Of a stretch of DNA of 64,000 nt, positions 47,498-57,521 are shown in pieces (the first letter of the stretch is position 1; every line of letters starts with the position of its first letter). Both the position numbers and the translations under genes were made by a program. Where the stretch lies: positions 372,001-436,000 of the IMG/VR virus record IMGVR_UViG_3300029922_000001; one strand, 5' to 3'. The notes beneath the pieces are model-generated. The model was not told where the DNA came from. It made no database searches and saw only the letters and a program-made list of their open reading frames with translations.

Positions 47498-47758
47498 ATG
47501 AAAGTAAGAGCTAATTCGAGTTATATTTATCACCCTTGTCTTTTGGATGTTTGCGATGGTAGAACAGACCTAGTAAAAGGTGATCTTGTGGTAGTTAAGA
47601 ATCTACCAGGTTGTCCTAAGTGTAATATAATGAATCATGCACACGTCTATAAAGATGATAAATTTGCTGGTCTAGTTTGTTGCGCTTCATTGTATTCTCC
47701 AAAGGAATACCCTAAGTTGCTTGCCGAATGGGAAGCAAGGAATGCACAAAATGCTTAA
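47498..47758 (+). CDS. hypothetical protein
   Basis: Leaderless behind class-B promoter. Confidence 0.7.
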   Translation: MKVRANSSYIYHPCLLDVCDGRTDLVKGDLVVVKNLPGCPKCNIMNHAHVYKDDKFAGLVCCASLYSPKEYPKLLAEWEARNAQNA

Positions 47759-47987
47759 AAAAGTACATAACTTCACCATTAAATTGGTGATTACTATTAT
47801 ATTGGGAGTAATGTTACTGCCAATGATTGCATCTTGTGTTAAAGTGATTCCAGCTTTGCATCCTTGGGGAATTGGACCATTAAAATGTCACTATCTTGTG
47901 ACTATAATCCCAAAGTATGAGCAAAGAAAAATTGTTGATGAATTGGAACAACCAGGACCATGTTATCACAATAACCATAAGAAGTGA
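47751..47987 (+). CDS. membrane-anchored hypothetical protein
   Basis: Hydrophobic N-terminus. Confidence 0.5.
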   Translation: MLKKVHNFTIKLVITIILGVMLLPMIASCVKVIPALHPWGIGPLKCHYLVTIIPKYEQRKIVDELEQPGPCYHNNHKK

Positions 47988-48002
47988 TGTATAACGGAAT
48001 AT

Positions 48003-48185
48003 ATGAAGAAGAAAAAAACTCATATATTCCGTTTTCATTTTGATGCAACATTAGTAGATGTTGATGTAGAAGCTTTAAACATTAGAGAAGCTTTTCGTAT
48101 TATGAACAAAGAACATCCTGAGTATAGTACAGGATTTATGATATTACGAAAAGATGAATCAGGATCTTGGATTCAGATTGATTAG
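48003..48185 (+). CDS. hypothetical protein
   Basis: ATG after TATAAC. Confidence 0.55.
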   Translation: MKKKKTHIFRFHFDATLVDVDVEALNIREAFRIMNKEHPEYSTGFMILRKDESGSWIQID

Positions 48186-48260
48186 TGTATAGATGAAAGG
48201 TTTTCCTGAAAATGGGGAAACATAAATCCCCATTAATCAAAATTAAGGTATACTTTGTTT

Positions 48261-48761
48261 ATGATTACGTTTACACATGAAGATGGGAATGTTTTACACC
48301 TATCAACTGTTACAGATAAGGAATTCTATCTCAAACATAAAGAAGTTTACTTTGATGATGAGCCAGAAATCATACCTCATTGTAGTGGTGTTATTATTAG
48401 GCATGGTCACGATATTTGGATTGTAGAACCTTTTAATCACTTTAGCGGATATCACTATTCATTCGCTAAGGGGAGGCTAGAAAAGCATTTAACACCCCAA
48501 CAGAATGCACTTAAAGAAGTATGGGAAGAAAGCGGTTTAATTGTCACTATTGATGGTTATGTTGGCGATGTTCTCAATAATAGATTTTACACTGGTGTTG
48601 CAATTGGTGGAAGTCCCAATAAGTTTGATTGGGAAACTCAAGCTGTTCATTTAGTCGATATTCCAATGGCTAGAAGTTTATTTGAGCATCAAGGTAAGCC
48701 TATTCCGATTCAAGGACTAGAATTATTTGAACAGTGGCTAGAAAGAAATCCCCAACCATAA
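48261..48761 (+). CDS. Nudix hydrolase
   Basis: FAKGRLEKHLTPQQNALKEVWEESG. Confidence 0.85.
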   Translation: MITFTHEDGNVLHLSTVTDKEFYLKHKEVYFDDEPEIIPHCSGVIIRHGHDIWIVEPFNHFSGYHYSFAKGRLEKHLTPQQNALKEVWEESGLIVTIDGYVGDVLNNRFYTGVAIGGSPNKFDWETQAVHLVDIPMARSLFEHQGKPIPIQGLELFEQWLERNPQP

Positions 48762-48782
48762 AATTTGAGGTATACTAAGATT

Positions 48783-49049
48783 ATGAATTGGAAAGTACGT
48801 TATTGGATTTTATCTGCTGCTTTACTTCTTAGTATTGTTACATCTTTGGGTTGTGGAGATGAATCACGATCAACATTCAGCCTTACACTAGCTAACACTC
48901 TTTTCCCAACTGCTCAAAATAAGGTAGTAGAAGGTGAAGGTGTGACATTTGAAGTTATTCTAGGAAATAAGATAAGAAAGTTATTCCTAGTAGACTATAA
49001 CAGTAATCCTATTATTACCTGTATTGAAGGTTGTGGAGAAACACGATAA
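48783..49049 (+). CDS. lipoprotein
   Basis: Lipobox SLGC; leaderless. Confidence 0.65.
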   Translation: MNWKVRYWILSAALLLSIVTSLGCGDESRSTFSLTLANTLFPTAQNKVVEGEGVTFEVILGNKIRKLFLVDYNSNPIITCIEGCGETR

Positions 49050-49342
49050 TGTTGAATTTTATCAAAGCTAATAAATGGAATTTAGTTATCATGGCATTTG
49101 TAATTGTGATTGCGATTAATCTTGCTGGATATATTAAACAACATGGTCCTATCTTACCTATTCCTTTACAAGTTAGCAACCGTGGTAGGACGTTTAGAGA
49201 ATTAAGTGTAGAATATACAGATGTAAAATCATCAATGATAGAAGATGAAAATGAAATGAAATATCATCTTCAGGATATTAAAACTGGCGAACGATTCTGG
49301 ACTTATGATTTGAATGGTGATGGAGCATTGTATCCAGAATGA
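49049..49342 (+). CDS. membrane-anchored hypothetical protein
   Basis: N-terminal TM segment. Confidence 0.6.
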   Translation: MLNFIKANKWNLVIMAFVIVIAINLAGYIKQHGPILPIPLQVSNRGRTFRELSVEYTDVKSSMIEDENEMKYHLQDIKTGERFWTYDLNGDGALYPE

Positions 49343-49554
49343 AAGTACTTTATAGCTACATTGATCAGTATGGCACCAAATTTGAAATAAGGGAAGCACT
49401 TCCTGAAGGTTATTCTTGTTGGCTAATTCTATCTGAAAAAGACGGTGGAATTACTAGACAATGTGGTTTTCCTTTGGAAAAGATTCTTGAGTTAATTGAA
49501 GAGAATAATCAAATGCAAGGAATTATTAAAAAATTAATGGAGAATAAGAAATAA
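49339..49554 (+). CDS. hypothetical protein
   Basis: ORF track. Confidence 0.6.
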   Translation: MKVLYSYIDQYGTKFEIREALPEGYSCWLILSEKDGGITRQCGFPLEKILELIEENNQMQGIIKKLMENKK

Positions 49555-49748
49555 TGTTTATTTATCATCTGTTTAAAAACATCGTTTACAATGCAACTAT
49601 TACGGTATGTGTCTCTATTCTAATGCTAGGTGTCTATAGTATTAAAATTGCATTTACTAGTTTCTTGATTTTTCTATGTGTTTTGTGTCTACTTGATGGC
49701 ATCATTGGTTACTATAAAGAACGTAGAAAATCCCCAACAAAGAATTAA
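49554..49748 (+). CDS. small membrane protein
   Basis: Two TM segments. Confidence 0.55.
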   Translation: MFIYHLFKNIVYNATITVCVSILMLGVYSIKIAFTSFLIFLCVLCLLDGIIGYYKERRKSPTKN

Positions 49749-49764
49749 AAGGTATACTTTGATC

Positions 49765-49947
49765 ATGAACTTATGGAAAATCTTTAAAAAATATTTTTTC
49801 TCAAATTTGCGTTTTAAATTTATCGCTACGCTATTTTTGTCAGCAATTCTTGCTGCTTGTGGTTTACATTTAATTGACATAATTATTGTTGCCACTATTT
49901 ATTTTATTGTATGGTGCTTTTGTGGTGTTTTGGCAATGCTTTTATAG
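49765..49947 (+). CDS. small membrane protein
   Basis: Leaderless behind class-B promoter. Confidence 0.6.
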   Translation: MNLWKIFKKYFFSNLRFKFIATLFLSAILAACGLHLIDIIIVATIYFIVWCFCGVLAMLL

Positions 49948-49970
49948 TTATCAAAAAGGAGTGAATAATA

Positions 49971-50297
49971 TTGGAAATTTCTAACGATTACATGGTTTTG
50001 CTTTTTAATGCCCAACATCAATATCGTCGTAACTGGTTGGGAAGTGGTACAGATCAAAAGGTATATAATCTAAAATATCAAGGTAAAACCTTTAGCGAGA
50101 TTCAAGAACAATTTAAAAATTGTAAAATCTATGTTTATAACAAAACTAAAAATATGGATGTTCTAATTTATGACAAAAATGGTAATGTCCTTAGTCGTTT
50201 TGGTAGTAATTACCAATTAAGCGAATTTGAAGTATTAATTGAACCTATTGACACAAGTGTTAAATACTTTGTGTGGTTTGGTAAAAAATTACAATAA
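49971..50297 (+). CDS. hypothetical protein
   Basis: SD AAGGAG. Confidence 0.65.
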   Translation: MEISNDYMVLLFNAQHQYRRNWLGSGTDQKVYNLKYQGKTFSEIQEQFKNCKIYVYNKTKNMDVLIYDKNGNVLSRFGSNYQLSEFEVLIEPIDTSVKYFVWFGKKLQ

Positions 50298-50339
50298 TTT
50301 TAAAACCCCCAACACTCGAATAAGAGGTATACTCCTAAT

Positions 50340-50774
50340 ATGAGAACGGATTTACCAGATTTTTCTAATATTTTATGGATACCAATTGAAGATATTTTTA
50401 ATTCATGGTTATCAATTGATAGTTCTAAAATTAAGTTAGGTCCGCAAGAACGAACCTATGAAGAGTGGATGAACTTACTTAATTATAAAAGAAAAAATAG
50501 GGGATATGAAACAGTTTTACCTTTGTTGACTGAAACAGGTTTTCTTCGTCCTTTAGCTTTCCGAACATACAATAAAAATTTATATTTACCTAATGGTCAT
50601 CATCGTTTAACAGCGGCGTATGATTTGGGTTACAAGTATATACCATTTGTTGAAGCTGTAGATGGACAATCAGCATACTATGATATACATGAATTTGAAG
50701 ATTCAGAATTGTGGTCTTTGATTCATCCTGAAAATCCATTGCCTACAAATCCAAAAATCCAAAAACCCCAATAG
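50340..50774 (+). CDS. ParB/Srx-like paralog A
   Basis: WIPIEDI...GFLRPL...NGHHRLTAAYDLGYKYIP. Confidence 0.75.
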   Translation: MRTDLPDFSNILWIPIEDIFNSWLSIDSSKIKLGPQERTYEEWMNLLNYKRKNRGYETVLPLLTETGFLRPLAFRTYNKNLYLPNGHHRLTAAYDLGYKYIPFVEAVDGQSAYYDIHEFEDSELWSLIHPENPLPTNPKIQKPQ

Positions 50775-50798
50775 CGGAATAAGAGGTATACTAAGATC

Positions 50799-51086
50799 AT
50801 GATAATCGGTCAACGACTTACAGATTTTCGGAAAGACTATGAAAATCCTAATATTGTAGATTTTCTATGGGAAAATCGAAAACATTTTCTCACAAACAAC
50901 TCAATAGATACTAGTGATCAATGGGGTTTGGTTACAAAGATTGAAGGACCATATTCTTCACCAATCTACAATGAATCTGTAAAGTACAAATATGTAAAAG
51001 AAGCACTATCGGATCAGGGTATCATCATGGAATTTATCCGTCATAATGGCAAACTTCGATTCACAATTTCCCCAACACTCGAATAA
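50799..51086 (+). CDS. hypothetical protein
   Basis: Leaderless behind class-B promoter. Confidence 0.7.
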   Translation: MIIGQRLTDFRKDYENPNIVDFLWENRKHFLTNNSIDTSDQWGLVTKIEGPYSSPIYNESVKYKYVKEALSDQGIIMEFIRHNGKLRFTISPTLE

Positions 51087-51102
51087 GAGGTATACTCAGA
51101 TC

Positions 51103-51609
51103 ATGCCACGCGGAAGAAAACCACTAGATTTCACTTTTATGTCTTACCAGGATGCTAAAGTTTATGTTCGAAAGAACGGTATCCGAAGTCTCGCCCAATG
51201 GCAGGACTTTTGCAGTAAGAACAAACGACCTGACAATATCCCTGCCGCTCCCAATATTAAGTATAAGGACGAATGGGAAGGCTTTCCTGAGTTTCTAGGC
51301 TATACTGCCAGTGGTCGCGGACGACCAGCAGGTAGCGTAAATCGTCCTAAAGAAGAAAGGGATCAAGATAAAGAAAGTACCAATATCTTCGAAGATCGCC
51401 CAATTAATACAGTAATGTATACTTACGAAGAGGCTAAGGCATGGTGCTATAAGTTGCGCTACACTAAGGCTATGTACAAGAAGTTCATTACTGATTACAC
51501 CTATCAGGTTCCAGGTTCTTGCAGTTCCAGACTTCCTAAGAATCCTTCGGAGTTCTATCCTGAATTTGATGCAAATGACTTCTATTACACTGAAGGGGAT
51601 AATGTCTAA
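51103..51609 (+). CDS. putative DNA-binding protein, paralog of 28665-29147
   Basis: RGRKPL.F.SY.DAK.YV...RPDNIPAAP...W.GFPEFLGYTASGRGRP; second degenerate unit. Confidence 0.75.
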   Translation: MPRGRKPLDFTFMSYQDAKVYVRKNGIRSLAQWQDFCSKNKRPDNIPAAPNIKYKDEWEGFPEFLGYTASGRGRPAGSVNRPKEERDQDKESTNIFEDRPINTVMYTYEEAKAWCYKLRYTKAMYKKFITDYTYQVPGSCSSRLPKNPSEFYPEFDANDFYYTEGDNV

Positions 51610-51829
51610 AAAGATCAATACTAATAATGCAACCTTCTCTAAAAAGAGGGTTGCAAAAGCTTGTCTTAATACACCACAATATGCTTTTAAGACTATTAAG
51701 GTTAAAATAAGACCTAAAAAAGTTATGGATACTGTACAATCTCCACAACCAAAACAACTTAATCTGTTGGAATTTTTGCTAAAGATTTTTTAAAATCCCC
51801 AACGAGTAAATAAGAGGTATACTCAGATC

Positions 51830-52081
51830 ATGGAAACAATTAATCAAACAAATTTTCAAGCTGTTTTTGTTAATACAAATAAAGCTCCAATTGAAACACA
51901 ACATATTTACTGGTACACTAGAGAAATTAATCTCGTTGGTGATTCTCCAAAGATTGCGTTAATTGAAGTAGTGCGTGAAAAATATCAACATCCTGACGCT
52001 GAAAATGATGCAGTTATTTGGCTTCTCAATGAACATCAACGTCAAATTACAGATAAATACAATGGAGAGGATTTATTCTAG
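51830..52081 (+). CDS. hypothetical protein
   Basis: Leaderless behind class-B promoter. Confidence 0.7.
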   Translation: METINQTNFQAVFVNTNKAPIETQHIYWYTREINLVGDSPKIALIEVVREKYQHPDAENDAVIWLLNEHQRQITDKYNGEDLF

Positions 52082-52188
52082 GATTGCATCATGCTCAAAA
52101 TACTACTTGCGATTCAGTAAAGGTGTATTAATACTGGATGCGCGCCATAAATCCCCAACGAGTAAATAAGAGGTATACTAAAAACACA

Positions 52189-52443
52189 ATGAACGAATTC
52201 CCACAGTTTCCAGCTTGGATGATGCCTTCAAAGGCTGTAATGCTCACTGCTATGAAAACCGCGAACAGCATTCTTTGGACATTCATTTTTTTCGCCCTTG
52301 CTTTCACTTTGAAAGAAACGTCTCTTGCACATGACGTGCAATATGCATATCAATTCGGTATGTTCACAATGGCTTGTACTGTACTTGCTTGGATGGCGGT
52401 ACTGCATCAAGTTTGGACTGATCCAAAGTCCAAGACAGAGTAA
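52189..52443 (+). CDS. membrane protein
   Basis: Two TM segments; behind class-B promoter. Confidence 0.7.
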   Translation: MNEFPQFPAWMMPSKAVMLTAMKTANSILWTFIFFALAFTLKETSLAHDVQYAYQFGMFTMACTVLAWMAVLHQVWTDPKSKTE

Positions 52444-52527
52444 GTGCATTAAAATTAATCTTTGAATTATAATAAATCAAGGATTAGAGAAAATCCCCAA
52501 TAGAAAATTAAGAGGTATACTAAAAGC

Positions 52528-52797
52528 ATGAGTAAGCGAACAGAAACCTTTAGCAGAGATTTGGTACTCAAATTGATTAATAATCATTTGAGACAAATTA
52601 AACAATGGAAGTCATTGAGTAGTCTAGAATTAGCTATTAAATGTCGTGAAAACGCAACAGCTTTGATTGAGATGCTAGAGTCAGAAGATTGTGGTTCTTG
52701 GGGTGGACATGATCCAGAAGATCCAAAATGTGGCAAACACGCTGATATTTATTCTCGTTATGAGTGGTTAAGAGATAGACCAAAAAATCCCCAATAG
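52528..52797 (+). CDS. hypothetical protein
   Basis: Leaderless; ends KNPQ*. Confidence 0.7.
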   Translation: MSKRTETFSRDLVLKLINNHLRQIKQWKSLSSLELAIKCRENATALIEMLESEDCGSWGGHDPEDPKCGKHADIYSRYEWLRDRPKNPQ

Positions 52798-52824
52798 AAA
52801 ATTAAGAGGTATACTAGGAGTACA

Positions 52825-53295
52825 ATGAAAACAATTTCACGAAATGCGATTGCTGAAAAGCTAAAGGACACTGCAAAGGGAACACGGATCATCGGAGTGC
52901 AATATACTACCGAACCAAAGGTAAAGAAGTCTTGCCCGTTCGCAAATCTTCAGAAGCATACTCAAAGTACGGTTATGCTTGGTGTTAACTACGCTAACCG
53001 TTTGGCGGCTAAAGGTGAACAACCTGCTGGCGTAGACCCTTACTTTGAGGACATTGACGGTCAAAACTGGCTTGTTCGCCATAAGACCAACGGTACAGAA
53101 TACTTGCGGGTTTCACCAACTGGTAACAACTTTGCAAAGTCATTCTACACTTCTGATGGTGTAGATGTTGACTCAGACTTGGTAAAGGAACATCTTTACG
53201 CTAAGGCTGAAGGGGTACCTGAAGTATTCTTGATCAAACTTGCAAACATTCGTAACATCTCACTCAATGGTGAGCAGTACCAGATTGTAGGTTAA
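52825..53295 (+). CDS. hypothetical phage protein
   Basis: 156 aa; followed by a terminator. Confidence 0.8.
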   Translation: MKTISRNAIAEKLKDTAKGTRIIGVQYTTEPKVKKSCPFANLQKHTQSTVMLGVNYANRLAAKGEQPAGVDPYFEDIDGQNWLVRHKTNGTEYLRVSPTGNNFAKSFYTSDGVDVDSDLVKEHLYAKAEGVPEVFLIKLANIRNISLNGEQYQIVG

Positions 53296-53309
53296 GCCAC
53301 AATCTAACG

Positions 53310-53347
53310 AAATGAGACTGAGGGAATAATCTCTCAGTCTCATTTTT
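53310..53347 (+). terminator. intrinsic terminator
   Basis: AATGAGACTGAG/CTCAGTCTCATT plus T tract. Confidence 0.85.
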
Positions 53348-53420
53348 ATATATTTAAGCGTATAATTCAAATCCTTTATACGTTTTAGTGTATAGATCGA
53401 AGTGATAGACGAAAATGGGG

Positions 53421-53460
53421 AAATCTCCGACAACATGCTAAAATCTCCGAGAACATGCTA
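53421..53460 (+). repeat. 20-bp tandem repeat
   Basis: AAATCTCCGA(C/G)AACATGCTA x2, abutting a class-C element and a TATAAT. Confidence 0.85.
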
Positions 53461-53469
53461 TAATAAAGT

Positions 53470-53859
53470 ATGGAACTATTTATTTCAATCACAGGTCAAG
53501 CGGCAACAGGTAAGACCACAATAGCTAAAATCATAGAAGATGCTCTACGCGATAAAGGCTTTAAAGTCATTCAGAACGACATAGATTTGACTGGTGATGT
53601 AATTAAACCCGATGGATGGGTAGAACGTAACACAGAAGGAATTAAGGGCAAAGAAACCACTATTAGCATTGATACAGTAGGTGTACGTAGAGGAAGAGAG
53701 AAGGTTACTTGTCCAAAATGCGGATATTGCCCAAAATGCGGTTGGGATACAACAGAAGAAGATCTTTGTTTGTTTTGCGGTGGTGTTCTTGGATCACCTA
53801 AACGCAGTGCTGACATTGGAGTAACCACTGACAAAGAGATTATCTTAGGTATGGGATAA
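53470..53859 (+). CDS. P-loop protein with Zn ribbon
   Basis: ISITGQAATGKTT; CPKC.YCPKC...CLFC. Confidence 0.65.
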   Translation: MELFISITGQAATGKTTIAKIIEDALRDKGFKVIQNDIDLTGDVIKPDGWVERNTEGIKGKETTISIDTVGVRRGREKVTCPKCGYCPKCGWDTTEEDLCLFCGGVLGSPKRSADIGVTTDKEIILGMG

Positions 53860-53893
53860 TCCCCAATAACCAAACCAGAGGTATACTTAATTC

Positions 53894-54388
53894 ATGGAAA
53901 CAATCCCTAAGAGAGATATATGGGATCAGAAATTAGCTGATCATATTTTAGAGACAGTCAAGAAATATATTCCTACTTTGCCAGAAGGGACCACTGTTTA
54001 TAAGTATAGTGGTATGTGCATGAATGCCAAAGAAGGTAGGCATTCATTTGTGTATCTTATGAGTACTGGTTGGAATGAGACTTTTATCGTTACCTTGAAA
54101 ATACCTGGTGCTTCAATTAAGCTTAAAACTGAGGCTATTTATATTCCAGTTAAGGATATTACTTTGCCAACACCACAATACTATCCTAATGAAGAAGTGG
54201 TTTACAAGCGAAAATATAGCGATAAGAAAAAAGCTAGGATCAAATATGTCACTGCAATTTGTTGGGATTGGATACAGGAAAAGCATGGTAAACCTTGGTT
54301 ATTGCGTTATCAAATGTCTAGCAATGGTCATGACACAATCGAAGATGAAGATGTTCTACGTGCCAAGCAAGAATCCCCAACAGAATAA
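53894..54388 (+). CDS. hypothetical protein
   Basis: Leaderless behind class-B promoter. Confidence 0.75.
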   Translation: METIPKRDIWDQKLADHILETVKKYIPTLPEGTTVYKYSGMCMNAKEGRHSFVYLMSTGWNETFIVTLKIPGASIKLKTEAIYIPVKDITLPTPQYYPNEEVVYKRKYSDKKKARIKYVTAICWDWIQEKHGKPWLLRYQMSSNGHDTIEDEDVLRAKQESPTE

Positions 54389-54407
54389 TTAGAGGTATAC
54401 TTAGATC

Positions 54408-54686
54408 ATGGTTAAGATTACTAGAGGCGATATCACCACCTACACTTTCAACGTAGAAGTACCAGAAGAATTGGTTGACAGTGTGAAGCGTAAGAAAGCT
54501 TTTAAGCAATGGATTGAAGTTCATCTAGGCATGAACAGTAAGGCAGAATGGTCTACTATGTTCCCAACTCGACTTCAGCTTACAATTGCAACTGGTTGGA
54601 ACGAACAAGAAATCACTGAAAAGGTGAATGCATTTGTCACTGGTGAATACAACAGGACTATGAAAACCCCTCTCGCTCAACTTTGA
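54408..54686 (+). CDS. hypothetical protein
   Basis: Leaderless behind class-B promoter. Confidence 0.7.
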   Translation: MVKITRGDITTYTFNVEVPEELVDSVKRKKAFKQWIEVHLGMNSKAEWSTMFPTRLQLTIATGWNEQEITEKVNAFVTGEYNRTMKTPLAQL

Positions 54687-54915
54687 GGTACAATAAAAAC
54701 ATGGAATACATTCGACTACAATTAGCTTTCGACATCGCAGAAGCAACCGGAGCAAACATAGAAGATGATTAGTATACCGATTTGGTTATTTGTTATTTTG
54801 GTATTGCCATGTACTATCCTCGTATTGTATCTCAGCTTTTTGGCTTTTGTTATCTTTTTTTCTTGGATTTTCGATTTATGTGTGTGATCACCTATCTTTA
54901 TGTATAATAGAATAC

Positions 54916-55548
54916 ATGAAGATACGTCTCCTAAGTGATATACACGGTTTTATACAACCAGTAATCTATAATTACGCTCAGCGTGATGATACTATCAAGG
55001 GTTATGATCTTCTAATTCAATTGGGAGATTTTGGATTTCGCGATACATATAAACATCTTAATAAATTTGATCCTGCAAGATTAAGAATACTTGGTGGTAA
55101 TCACGATGATTATGGCGCTATGAGATCACTTGATATTATTCCTTATTTCCTTGGTAATTTTGGATTATTACCTGAAAGTGATGGTAAAGTCTTTTTTGTG
55201 CGTGGTGCATGGTCTATAGATCGTGACAGAAGGATTGAAGGATGGAATTGGTGGAAAGAAGAAGAATTATCATGGTCACAAATGAATGATTGTTTAGATT
55301 TATGGGATCAAGTTAAAGACGGTGTTGAGGTTGTTTTGTCACATGAAGCCCCAATGAATTTTGCTTCAGTATTATTTGGTAGTTATCCTATTGAAACTAA
55401 TACAGGAAAATTACTATACGAAATGTGGAAAATGCACGAACCTAAAAGATGGTTTTGCGGGCATTGGCATATGCAAAAAACATGGAAATTTGGCAATACA
55501 GAATTCCGTTGTTTAGCTATTAATGAATCTATAAATATTGAAGTCTAA
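54916..55548 (+). CDS. calcineurin-like metallophosphoesterase
   Basis: SDIHG, LGDFG, GNHD, SHEAP, GHWH. Confidence 0.9.
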   Translation: MKIRLLSDIHGFIQPVIYNYAQRDDTIKGYDLLIQLGDFGFRDTYKHLNKFDPARLRILGGNHDDYGAMRSLDIIPYFLGNFGLLPESDGKVFFVRGAWSIDRDRRIEGWNWWKEEELSWSQMNDCLDLWDQVKDGVEVVLSHEAPMNFASVLFGSYPIETNTGKLLYEMWKMHEPKRWFCGHWHMQKTWKFGNTEFRCLAINESINIEV

Positions 55549-55562
55549 GGTATAATCTGATT

Positions 55563-55751
55563 ATGGAACTTTCCGCAGAAATGATAGTTAAACTCGAAAA
55601 ATTAGCCACAAGAAAAATTTGGAGTGATAATCCCGATTTTATGATTGATGATTATGCTGGTGGTCAAACTGATGATGCTTTTTATGGTGGATCTGATGCT
55701 GGAGAAACACTCTTAGCAAGAGAAATTTTAGGTCTTCAATTTCCCCAATAA
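55563..55751 (+). CDS. hypothetical protein
   Basis: ATG 6 nt after GGTATAAT; ends FPQ*. Confidence 0.65.
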   Translation: MELSAEMIVKLEKLATRKIWSDNPDFMIDDYAGGQTDDAFYGGSDAGETLLAREILGLQFPQ

Positions 55752-55775
55752 GGGGAATCGAGGTATACTTTATTT

Positions 55776-56165
55776 ATGGAAAACTTGACGATTGAACAAC
55801 TTGAAAAGAAACTTGGAATTAGATTCGTAACGGATTGCCATTATTCGATTACAGAAACGCGAGTTTATATGCCAAAGTCTAATGACTATCTACGAATTGT
55901 TATTGATTGGAAATCAAATAAACATTGTACTAATAAATATGTTCATTTTCTTTATGATCTATCTTCTAGTCTTGGACATCATATTCACTTCTTTCGCGCT
56001 CCAAGGGGAAAAAAGTTTTATATAGGACTTGAAGATTTGAAAGAAAATTCAAATAAACATAATAATTGGGAATATATTGGATTTAGCAATTTGAAGTATA
56101 GTGTAGAACTTACCTATATTAGTCGCAAACATTCTACAACAATGTATAAGGAGGAAAGAGAATGA
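55776..56165 (+). CDS. hypothetical protein
   Basis: Leaderless behind class-B promoter. Confidence 0.7.
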   Translation: MENLTIEQLEKKLGIRFVTDCHYSITETRVYMPKSNDYLRIVIDWKSNKHCTNKYVHFLYDLSSSLGHHIHFFRAPRGKKFYIGLEDLKENSNKHNNWEYIGFSNLKYSVELTYISRKHSTTMYKEERE

Positions 56166-56570
56166 TTATATGTACTATTTTTTTCTTATGTGTTGTTGCG
56201 TCTGTGGTTATCAGTAGACGTAATATTCCAATTGGAACTAAAGCCTTTAATCTATCTTGGGGTATACTTTTTGCCATTATATTTATTGGTGAATTAGTTG
56301 CATTGTATTGTTGCGCTCACAATATTCTCATTCCATAATCCCCAATAAAGGGATTCGAGGTATACTAAATCTATGGAACGTACATACACCTATAAAGAAG
56401 TATTGGCTTTGATTAAACAAGCTTATGTGGAAGGTCATGGTCAAGGTATTACTGATGGTCATTCGATGAATAAATACCGTGATCCGAAAGGTCTTTTTGA
56501 GGATTCTTACGTATTAGATGATCTTAATGATTTGTTAAGATGATACACATTGAGGTATACTATAGGCAAT

Positions 56571-56930
56571 ATGATTAAACACACTCCAAACCCACCTGGA
56601 TTTATAAAGCTATCAGATAGAAGCACTGATGATATTTTATCATCTTCATTGACTAATTTTCCAGAACAGTTAGTGTTGCTATATTTAGGTGATGGAAATT
56701 ATTTATCTATTGCAAGTCCACAATCTGAATTTGACACTTCACTCTTAGGATTGGCTACATTCATTAATTCTGAGGAAGCAATTATCTTTAGAGAAGATAA
56801 CAATGTAATTGCGGATCTTTCTCGTAAGAGTTTTGAAGAAGCAAGAGAGATTGCTATTGCTAACCCTGATGTTCAAGCACTATTCTTGATTTTCGGAAAA
56901 AAGATTACAGAAACTCATTTCGTGAGATAA
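56571..56930 (+). CDS. hypothetical protein (paralog of 26351-26713)
   Basis: See paralog. Confidence 0.7.
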   Translation: MIKHTPNPPGFIKLSDRSTDDILSSSLTNFPEQLVLLYLGDGNYLSIASPQSEFDTSLLGLATFINSEEAIIFREDNNVIADLSRKSFEEAREIAIANPDVQALFLIFGKKITETHFVR

Positions 56931-57521
56931 GGAAAGGAGATAATCCCCAATAAGAAATTCGAAGGTATACTCTAATTATGATTAAATGCTTCAATAAGAT
57001 TCTAAAAGATCATCGTCCTGCTGATCAAGTTTTTAGTGCTGATGAACTTTTTTGGATTACTTGTCTATTGGAAAATCAAAAGCAATATGAAGATCAATGG
57101 CATGTTGTCTATAAAAATGTAGTGCTTACCACTGAAAACTGCCTTGTAATTTAAAATCCCCAATAAGAAATTCGAAGGTATACTCTGATCATGCTTACAG
57201 TGATTTTTATTTTCTCAGCGGTTTGTTTTGTGCTATCGTGTAGACCTAAGCCTATTACAAACTTTCAGAAAATCTTTACTGCGCTTTTCTGGATTAGTTT
57301 TGTTGCTTATCTTGTCTGTTTGGTATTTGGAGTTAAATGAATAATATTATCATTAGTTTTATATTGACTATTGTAGGTATGCTTTTTATGCTAGGAAACT
57401 TTATGTTTACTGACAAAAATAATAAACCTGCATCTACTTTTTGTTTTGGTATTTCCATGCTTTTATTTGGAGTTGCATCGGGTTTGATTTTTGGCTCAAT
57501 TTAACATTAAGGTGATGGTTT

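Noticed and set aside
54790-54915. Hydrophobic N-terminal extension of the metallophosphoesterase in the track
   Set aside because: TATAAT followed 7 nt later by ATG at 54916 fits the leaderless rule, and the catalytic motifs start right there.
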